A stretch of 48,876 bases of DNA, from the NCBI GenBank assembly GCA_030167865.1, contig JALAGF010000378.1, positions 1 to 48,876 on the forward strand, given 5' to 3'. Each line of letters opens with the position of its first letter. Position 1 is the first letter of the stretch. The notes beneath the pieces were generated by a model. The model was not told the DNA's origin. It ran no database searches and saw nothing but the letters and a program-made list of their open reading frames with translations. Shown piece by piece: positions 33,577 to 43,700 of this stretch. Position numbers and translations under genes: made by a program. This DNA is from Craspedostauros australis. Its lineage: Eukaryota.

Positions 33577-36500
33577 ATGGGCAAGAAGAATCAGAAGGGC
33601 GGAGCCGCCGCCATCATGCTCAACAAGACGGGCAAATTCATGGTGCTGGATGCGCCAGGAGTCAAGCAGCCCGAAGCAGCCGCACCGGCTGCGGCACCGG
33701 CCGCCGCATCCAAGCAGCAGAAGGAAGGCGCGCAGGGACGCCGTGCCAATGCCTCCGCAGGACCGCGCATGGACAACTCCGGGAAGAAGCTGATCGGAGG
33801 AGACTCCTTCGTGCAGCGCACCATGGACCCAGAATTCCTCAAGCAACGAGAGGAGGTCTACGCCAAGATCAAGGCCCGACGCGAGGCAGAGTTTGCCACC
33901 AAGATCCCCGTCGCCATCACGGTCACCCTGCCCGACGGCAAGGTCCTCGACAAGACCAAGCAGGGCGAGGACTACATGACCTGGAAGACCACTCCCTACC
34001 TCGTCGCGCAGACCATCAGCCAAGGTCTGGCCGACAACTCCATCGTTGCGCGCGTCACCTACGAGAAGTTCGCCGACGACTACGATGCCGCCGAGGACGG
34101 CATGGAGGGAGAGGACACGCTCATGGACGCCATGGACGACGGTGGCGTCGAGAACGATGACGCCGCCAAGAACACCCTGCTCTGGGACATGACGAGACCG
34201 CTCGTTGGCCCTGTCAGCAAAATAGAGTTCCTCAAATTCGCCGACGACAAGGATGCCAAGACCACCTTCTGGCATTCTTCCGCTCACATGATGGGAGAGG
34301 CCATGGAGAACCTCTTCGGTTGCAAGCTCACCATCGGACCACCACTTGCGGGAGGTTTCTACTACGATTCCTACATGGGAGCGGATGCATTCCGTGAGGA
34401 TGATTGTGAGTACCGACGTCAGCTGCGTATGATTGATTGGGCATGGTTAAGGATGTGCACATGGATCTGCATATCCCGATCGTGCATTCAAGAAGTGGGT
34501 TGGCCTTCAAATGGCCATTTCCGCTTGTGGTGATCACATGCTGCTGCTGCTGCTGTTCTTGTTTTCGTTGTGACAGGCTTCGTGTATTCACAACGCACAC
34601 ACTAGCGCATCGCAGCAGTATCCTCGTCCGTCCATTCCATCATGTCCTTCTCACAACAACAACTGCAATCACTGCACAATGACAACCATGTTACATTCAT
34701 TCTGGACTCACAACAACAACAACAACAACAACAGACAAGCCAATCGAGGCGAAGGTTTCCAAAATCACCAAGCAGAAGCAAAAGTTTGAACGCATGGTCG
34801 TCACAAAAGAAGAAGCCTTGGAACTGTTTGCTGACAATCCATTCAAGCAGGAGATTTTGACCACCAAGGTCGCTGATGGAACCCGCACCACAGTCTACAA
34901 ATGCGGCAATTTGATCGACTTGTGTCGCGGACCGCACGTGGCGCACACGGGAAAGATCAAGGCGTTTGCCACCACCAAGCACTCTGCCACCAACTGGCTC
35001 GGTGACACCGACAACGATTCGCTGCAGCGCATATACGGTATCAGTTTCCCAGACAAGAAGATGCTCAAGGCATGGAAGGAGAACCAGGAGAAGGTAAGAT
35101 CACAACTCAACAGAGCACGCCGCAACACACACAACAAAGCACACCTTGTGACACCATGGCACTACACCATTGCATGCACACGTAGCAGAAGCAGCAATGG
35201 TGGCAGCGGTTACAATACAACCGCACGACGATGCAATGACGATATCCGATACGAATCTCATTCTCAGATCCAAAATACACATGATCGAAACATCTATCCA
35301 ACTCGCTGATTATTCTGAGCATCAACACCAAGTCCGCGCAACCTTTTCTTGCATTCAGGCACAGGCAACCAACACGATCAGCACCAACTTCTGACTAACA
35401 CATCTCTTCCTCCCCCCTTGTTGCTTTGCACACTCATGTTCTGATCCGATCCCATGCAAACCAAACCGATAACAACAACACGAATGATGCAAACGATGCA
35501 AACACTCGGCTGCGGACGAATAACAACACAAAACACCAACGCAACAAACAAACAAACAAACAAACAAACAACACGCACAGGCCAAGGAGAGAGATCACAG
35601 ACGAATTGCTGCCAAGCAAGAGCTCATCATGTTCCATGATCTGTCGGCTGGAAGTGCGTTCTGGTTGCCACACGGTGCCAGAATCTACAACAAGCTCATC
35701 GAATTCATCAAGAAGCAGTACTGGGTGCGCGGCTACGACGAGGTCATCACACCAAATGTTTACAACCTCGATCTGTGGCACAAGTCCGGCCACGCCATGC
35801 ACTACAAGGATGCCATGTTCTGCTTCGATGTGGAAGGGCAGGAATGGGCCATGAAGCCAATGAACTGCCCAGGTCACTGTCTCATGTTCGGCAACTCCCT
35901 CCGTTCATACCGTGACCTTCCAATCCGATTCGCAGACTTCGGTGTGCTGCACCGCAACGAGCTTTCTGGTGCCCTCAGCGGTTTGACCCGTGTCCGCCGC
36001 TTTCAGCAGGACGACGCCCATATCTACTGCCGCGAGGACCAGATCGCCGATGAAGTTCTTGGTGCTCTGGAATTCATGAAGTATGTGTACGACATCTTCG
36101 GCATGACTTACAAGCTTGAGCTCTCCACAAGACCAGCGAAGGCCCTTGGTGAAATGGAGCTGTGGGACCGCGCCGAGAGCGCCCTTGCCGAAGCCATGAA
36201 CAGATTCATCGGGGAAGGCAACTGGAGAGAAAACCCAGGCGACGGTGCCTTCTATGGACCAAAAATTGACATCAAGGTCATGGACGCCATGGAGAGAGTG
36301 CACCAGTGCGCAACCATCCAGCTCGACTTCCAGCTCCCACGCAGATTCGGACTCACGTACAACACCGGAAAGAAAGAGGGAGATGGCGAGCAGTTCGGAA
36401 TCCCGGTGATGGTCCACAGAGCCATGCTTGGAAGTGTGGAACGCATGTTCGCTGTCTTGTGCGAACACTACGGTGGAAAGTGGCCGTTCTGGCTCAGCCC

Positions 36501-36795
36501 GCGTCAAGCGATGATCATCCCCATCCACGCCGACTGGAACGAGTACTGCCAGGGCATCCGCGACAAGCTGCACGCCGAAGGCTTCTACGTCGACGTCGAT
36601 CTGTCCAAGAACACATTCCAGAAGAAGGTTCGCACAGCTCAGGTCTCGCAGTACAACTACCAGCTGGTCGTCGGTGCTAAGGAGAAGGAGAATGGCTCCG
36701 TTAACATCCGCACAAGAGAGAACAAGGTCGACGGCGAGATGAAGGTGGAAGATATGATCACCATGTTCAAGAAGTACCGCGACGAGTACAAGTAA
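33577..36795 (+). CDS. TARS: Threonyl-tRNA synthetase, cytosolic eukaryotic type; exons 33577-34405, 34735-35093, 35581-36795; 800 aa
   Basis: TGS domain ITVTLPDGK; editing domain FWHSSAHM and [66 protein letters not shown]; anticodon domain. Both introns restore the frame. Confidence 0.96.
34711..34731 (+). repeat. (CAA)7 microsatellite immediately before the 3' splice site of ThrRS intron 1
   Basis: Direct inspection. Confidence 0.8.
35545..35570 (+). repeat. (AAAC)n microsatellite just before the 3' splice site of ThrRS intron 2
   Basis: About six tetramer copies. Confidence 0.8.
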
Positions 36796-37278
36796 ATGTT
36801 ACCAACAGCATAGAGTAGTTGTATGACTGCTCCCCTTCAAAAATTGTGCTCAAGTTCATTGGGTCAGGACTCGCGGCGCTCTTGAACATTGGAATCATCG
36901 GCCACCATGCCACCCTTACGCACTATGCGCAGATGAGACCCTTGCTTGTACTAGTAAAAGTTCTGGTGCAGCTTTCAATACAAGAATTCATGAACATTGA
37001 CATGGAGACGCAAGCGGAACTCAAGACGCCAGTCAAGCACACGTAGTGCCTACCATACTCATGGTCTCTAATTGTTCATGACAATAGCCAACTTGCCAAT
37101 CTTCGCAGATCATTGCTCGGAATGTACTGTTCTGTCGCACCATCTCGTCATTCAACAGCTTGAGGAAGCATGAGATGCCGCTGCTACGAGTACTAATATC
37201 CTCTCTAGTGTTAGCTTGCTTCGTCACTCGCTTCATTCTGCGTCTCACGCAAGCGGCAACACTGTGCTTCTGAACCCT

Positions 37279-37893
37279 CTATGACTCTTCCTCGACTGCT
37301 GCTTCTGGTGTGGCCTCCTCGTCGGCCTTCGCCAATTCGGGGTCGTAGACGGCCTTGAATTGCGCGGTGAAGGCGATGTCGTCACCCATCTTGTATCCCT
37401 TGGCGATCTCTGGGATGTCCTCGAGCACCTCGGCTTCGCCGTCGCTGCCTGGAAGGTACTTGAGTCCGTAGGCCTCAACGGTGGACTGGATGGTGCGGAT
37501 AACGCTCTCCTGGACAGCAAATCCGCGGATCTGCGGCAGGGCGTACGGTGGCACCTGCCCCTTGCGGAATCCAGGGAAGTTGGCCTTCTTGGAGGCATCC
37601 TTGAGCACCGTGGTGTGCAGTTCCTTGATCAGGGCGCCCTTGGACTCGGTCTTCAACCAGAAGCTGTAGACGGCGCCCATGTCGCTCTGGACATCTGGCT
37701 CCTCATTCATTTGCTTCATGATGGTGTTCTCGATGGTGTTGACGGCTTCCAGAACCTCGCCGCCCTCCGGCTCTGGCTTGAGCTCGTAGGCCTGCAGTCG
37801 CATCAGCGACGATGGGGCCGACGACTTGGTGACGACGAAGGCGGAGCATCGTGCCGCAACGAGCAATAACAGAAGAGCGCGGATGGATTGCAT
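37279..37893 (-). CDS. Plastid-targeted stand-alone trigger factor ribosome-binding (N-terminal) domain protein
   Basis: Signal peptide MQSIRALLLLLVAARCSA-FVV (ASAFAP-type) plus transit peptide; trigger-factor signature FPGFRKGQVP. No PPIase or C-terminal domain. Confidence 0.85.
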   Translation of the reverse strand: MQSIRALLLLLVAARCSAFVVTKSSAPSSLMRLQAYELKPEPEGGEVLEAVNTIENTIMKQMNEEPDVQSDMGAVYSFWLKTESKGALIKELHTTVLKDASKKANFPGFRKGQVPPYALPQIRGFAVQESVIRTIQSTVEAYGLKYLPGSDGEAEVLEDIPEIAKGYKMGDDIAFTAQFKAVYDPELAKADEEATPEAAVEEES

Positions 37894-38503
37894 TGTAAAG
37901 TAGAGTGCTTAAGTATAATAGGAGGCACCGTGGTTCGAAATGGAAAGTATGGATTGGGCGAATGGAATTGCTGTGTTCTGATCAGTCTCGATCGGCACAC
38001 TTTTTCGCCGTGGCGTCAAACATCGTGATCCATGGTGTCTGAACGGTCGGGGCAAGCGGTCTGGACCAGCAACCGGATCCTCGCCCTCGCAAACAGCGTC
38101 ATCGTGGTCTGTATTGGCAGCACATGGCGAGGGTTGCCGACTGACGCACACGAAAAGTTTGCTTGAGCACCCATCACACATCAAACGCAAATCGCGGTCG
38201 ATTCGTGACACCTTACTCGTGATTAATCAATGAGTCAAAGGAATCGTTTGGAGACCTCACACCAACCAAAAAAGTGAGGCCACGCTTCGCGGTTCACGCT
38301 TCGCGAGACAAAACACGATCAAACAGCTTCGTTCCTCTTGTGCAATGAATCCAGCGACACCTCCCACCAATCTGGTGAGATTCAGCCAGTCATCGGTTCG
38401 ATAGTTGGAGTGTTGCAGATAGCACAACAATGTACGACAACACCACACTCTCCTCTGCTTACCGACCGTCCGACTACACTTCAAATTGAACACCACCGTA
38501 AAG

Positions 38504-40420
38504 ATGCCAAAGCACGAACGAGAAGAACGAGCCTCTCACAAGAATCCTCGACCGTACGATCAGCGCGGGCGCGGTGGCAATGGCAATGATAATCGCAACC
38601 GCAGGGGCGGTCGGGATGGCAACAGCCACGACAGGAACCAACGTCGCAAATGGAATCCCAACGATGACATGGCGCCCTGCGCCACATTCGATGAAATGAA
38701 TCTGAAGAAGGATCTGATCAAGGGGATTTACGCTTACGGCTTCGAGAAACCGTCAGCGATCCAGCAGAGGGCCATCCGTCCCATCATCCGAGGACGGGAC
38801 GTCATTGCACAATCGCAAGCAGGAACGGTGCGTTGCGTTGCGTCGGGCCAAGTCATGCTATGATGATGCACTGCATTCGGCCATGTTTTGCTCTTCTTTG
38901 GATGGATTGCGTTGCATTGCATTGCTTCCACATGCAGCCTCATTTGTGCTTCGAGTACTCCATCCTCATCTTCAATCCCCGTGTTCGTTCTGATGCCCAT
39001 GTTTTTCACCGCCTTACGTCGTTGCAACGTTCACATTCATTCGGTCGTCTTCACACAATTGAATATACTATGATGCTTCATGCAATGTTTCATTCACTCT
39101 GTCAATCCATTGCCATAATGTTCAGGGTAAAACGGCAGTCTTCACGATCTCCGGCTTGCAATTGCTGGACGAAGCATCGCGTGACTGCCAGGTGCTCATT
39201 CTGAGTCCAACCAGAGAACTTGCCGAGCAAACGCAGAAGGTCATGCAGTCCCTTGGAGATTACATGAACGTGAGTGCGCCACTGCTTGAACGATACGATT
39301 GTTGCGATGCCGCAACATGCACCATGACTTGTAACCAGATGCTGATGAGGCTGGTCATGAAAGCTGCATTCGTTCTTTCTTGGGAGAGAACACAAAGTGC
39401 TCGTACCCTACTCCTCCGGTCATCTCTGCACCCGCGGTCGGAGTACTTACGAGCGCTCTGCAGACACTTCAACAACATCAGATCCTTTCTCACATTTCGC
39501 TGAATTCTTCGATGCGCACTGACTCCACACTTTGCGCGCAACTCCAACGTACTGATGGGCTCCATAAACAAACATGCGCACAGGTCAATTGCCATGCCTG
39601 TGTAGGAGGTAAATCGTTGGGACTCGATCTCAAGGAACTAGAAGGAGGCGGCGTCCAAGCAGTGTCGGGAACGCCCGGTCGTGTCTACGATCTGATCCGT
39701 CGCAACGCCCTGAACATGAAGAACCTCAAGGCTCTCATCTTGGACGAAGCAGACGAGATACTCAGCAGGGGGTTCAAGGATCAGATTTACGACATCTACC
39801 GCTACATCCCACCGGCCTGCCAGGTCGTCCTGATGAGCGCTACTTTGCCACCGACCATCTTGGACATGACGAGGAAATTCATGAACGATCCCATCCGAAT
39901 TCTCATCAAGCGCGACGAACTCACGCTGGAGGGCATCCAACAGTTTTACATTGACGTCGAGAAGGAAGAATGGAAGTTCGATACCCTCTGCGATCTTTAC
40001 GACACCCTCACCATCACGCAGGCCGTCATCTTTTGCAACACCCGCACCAAGGTGGATTGGTTGGCGGACAAGCTGCGAGAGAAGAAGTTCACCGTCAGTG
40101 CGATGCACGGAGACATGGATCAGGAGGGACGTGACAAGGTGATGAGCGAGTTCCGTGGTGGAACTTCCCGCGTCCTCGTGACGACGGATCTTTGGGGACG
40201 CGGTATCGATGTGCAGCAGGTCAGCTTGGTCATTTGCTACGATATCTCGGCGGACAAGGAGCTCTACATCCACCGCATCGGACGATCCGGTCGATTTGGG
40301 CGCAAGGGTGTGTCGATCAACTTGGTCAAGGACGAGGAAAAGCCCACCCTCAGGAGCATCGAACAATTCTATCGCACGAAAATTCGGCCGATGCCAGCCA
40401 ACGTTGGAGACTTTCTGTAG
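38504..40420 (+). CDS. EIF4A3: DEAD-box helicase, eIF4A-III/FAL1-like; exons 38504-38827, 39126-39269, 39584-40420; 434 aa
   Basis: Q motif [40 protein letters not shown]; the eIF4A-III-typical [25 protein letters not shown] and [18 protein letters not shown]. Two phase-0 introns. Confidence 0.9.
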
Positions 40421-40732
40421 GGCTTGAACGTGGAAATATAAGGTGTAATACGCTTGACGTGTATGTATTACGCAATGATAACATGTGCTAATACCAGTAT
40501 GGCCAATCGATTCCAGTAGCAAGAACATTAGCCTGATAGAGGCACACACTGGTACGTATGGTTTACGAGTACTGTTATTCATCCAGAGGGTGACAGCGTT
40601 CACGGCACGTTCCTTTTGCGCTCCCGTCACTTCACGATTCCTTTTCCGTTTGGCTGTGTGCACGTGCAAAGACTTGGATGCCTCTCATTGAAGGCGGCAT
40701 GTTTCTCTTCGTTGTCGTTTGCATCTCCTGCA

Positions 40733-43700
40733 TTACTTGCTGAGCAGCGGTCGGACGGCGTCCCAATCAAGCGGCGCCTTAAAGTTGCGCCTCTCGATGT
40801 AAGACATGAGCACTCGGCAGGCACCGTCGCCAAACTCATTGCGCAAGCGGATGATTTCTTCGTCTGTTGTGCTGAAATCCAGGACATCGTCGCCCATCTC
40901 CTCCAGATCATGATCCATGTACCCTTCGCTGACCACCGTCTCGACCATGATGTTGTTGGCGGATCGCAGGTATTCGTATGCCGACGTCCATTTGCCGGAG
41001 AGGTAGTGCCTGATACCAAGAGCGAAGGTCTCGGCAAATTGGTCCGTGACATGCTGTCTCATGGCGCGCAGGTCGGGGTCATCCTCCCAAATCGTGGGGC
41101 TGTACGCTTCGGCATCCTCCTCTGCCTGTTCAGGCCTTCGTTCGATGAGGAAGAAGTCGACCCCGCGATGTCGTGCGTCGTACGTGAAGATATCCTGCTT
41201 GACCTTGCTGCCTTTCACGTAGACGGTGTCAAGATGACGTAGCTTCTTGCGGCACTGTCGTGAAAGAATCTCCTCGACGGCCTTGCTGAGCAGAATCGTG
41301 ACGCCGTACTGCTTCGTTGCGCTCATCATTCTCGATGCCATGTTGACATGGGGTGACAGGTACGTGGCATCGATCTTGTACTCGCTCCCAACCGCGCCCT
41401 CAACCGCCCAACCAGCATCCATTCCGTAGATGACTTCGACGCTGTACGTATTCACACCAGCACTCAGTCGGAAGTCCGTCTTCCATTTCTTGAGCTTGTG
41501 ATCGCGGTGAAGGCCGGCGAATGATTTTAGCATTCCAAGCAACGCACGGTCCGAGAATGATTGGATTCCTGGAAGCGACGCCAGTTGCAGGGTATCGCCA
41601 TCGCCATGGCCTTTGCGTTTCTTCCTACCTCCTCTCATGTTGCGCAAGGTCGGCACCTTGCGGGCGGTGCTTTTTCCGTTCCCGTCGAACACCACAGCTG
41701 TTGCCAGTCTCTGCTTCTCATGGACTTCCGAAAAGTCGCCGATACGGAACACCATCAGGAAGGCCGAACCAAGATTCTTGTTGCACTGGCCACTATCTCC
41801 CAACGCCCATCGATACACCTCGTCGTGAACAACCTTCGCAACGTCATTGATGAGTACCATGACGAGCCCATCCAGGGCGCGGAGCTGATGACTGAAGCCG
41901 TTGATGGCAACGAATCCAAACAGAGCGTAAACCCGCTTGCCTGGAACGGTCGGGTTGAACACCACAGTTTCACCATCCTTTGTCCTGGCAAGGTTGGAGG
42001 AGATGATGCCTGCTCCAGCAACACCCCAGCACTTTCGGAGCAAGTCCGCGATTTTGGCAATCGCGTTGATGAGCTGTTTCGTTTCGTAGTTTCCAATTTC
42101 TTCGAGAGCATCGTTGTCCGATGCCGACGATCTGTCATCTCCGTCCTTCCCGTCATCCTTCGTTTGTTCTGCCAATGGGTTCTCGGCATCTGTTGAACAC
42201 AAACATAAAAATGAATAACCAGATGGAAAATCAAATGAATGGGTGAGTAAGTTGGGGAGTGGGTTTGGGTGAGTGGAGTTGGATCGCATTGCAGGCTTGG
42301 CACCAAACATCCGCTTCATGAACGTTGATGCAAAAATGTTATGCAACGCAGCAGCATCAACAGCAATGGCCATGTCATGGCATGCCGCACGGCCCTCTAC
42401 CTCATCTACTGTATGAGTGCTGTGGGACTTACATCGAAGGATGATTTTCAACATTTTTTGCAGCGGATCCAAAACCAGTCGAATTGCGTCACTGCGGAGG
42501 GCCTGCAATCCAAACAATCCAAGGAAGAGGATTCCAAACAGCAGGAAGAGAAGCCCCATGTTTCTGTAAATCCAGATTCAGACCCAACCACGTTCCGCAT
42601 TCCATCCAAAAACAATGGCGCCGTGTATGATGGGAATGGCGTCGTAGCACGCAATTGTGTGTGTGTGGGTGCACGCATGGATGTACGTTTGGGTGAGTGA
42701 GTGAGCATTCATATATATATTTGACACTATTGCGCGCGCAGAATCTCCGCTTTGTAGGGAGCTTCCAATGTCATGCAATGAGGCTCCGACACCCGAAGTA
42801 TCACGGCAAGCAACTCAGATGATGCACAACAAGGCCAACAGCTCCCGCTTGAGCAGTTGACAGCAATCAATGCAGCAAAGTGACTTACGAAAGAGCGATG
42901 CTTGGATTTTCATTGTAAAATGCAGTCACAGTGTACTCAGCATCGATTGGACTGCCGAATTCTTCCCGAATACCACCAGGTCGAACTCCGATCGCATTGG
43001 CAAAATACCGCGCGGACGTGTCCGTGGCTGAGGCAGTATAATCCCACACCTCACAGACTGCCGGAGCTTCTGATTTCATGTCATCGCTGCAAACCGTGAT
43101 GACGCCATCAGAGCGCTGGAAGTCACAACGCACGGGCATGAGTTGAGCCCAGAGCACGTAGGTGCTCTCGACATCACCCTGAAAGAATTCCGGTTGCGGA
43201 ATGGACGCCATGTTCAGCCACGAATTCACTGCTGTTTCCAAGAAGGCGCAGTCAGTGTCGGTGGAAGTCTTGGCAGCAATGTTGTTGGCCTGCAATAGAT
43301 TCATGTATTCTGTTGCAACCACATTGTTTTGCTTCAACGAATCGATGATCGGGAGCACGATGACAATTACCACTCTGAATCGTCATGAGACATTCATGGC
43401 CAATCGATATTGGTTTGTTGTTGCGAGAATTGCAGAACAGAATCGTGTGTTATCTCGTCGCAGACGAGGGAGAGCACGGAGCGAGAGAGCAAAAGCGTGA
43501 ATGTGTGAGAACGTGATGCGAACAATTCAAATGGCACACCATCGATTGAATTAGACTGGACTGGACTGCATTTACTCAAACGCAATTCGCGGCACCAATG
43601 CGTGTGCAATTCGCAACACCCTTTCATGATGCCTTCAACCTCCAAATGATCTCGAAGTTGAGGAAACACTTACAGAAGTATCAGTGCGCGATGGGAGTTG

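Noticed and set aside
38860-38993. Possible intronic C/D snoRNA (ATGATGA...CTGA) in eIF4A-III intron 1
   Set aside because: There is no convincing terminal stem and no rRNA-complementary guide that I could recognise. The CTGA may simply be part of a branch-point-like TTCTGAT.
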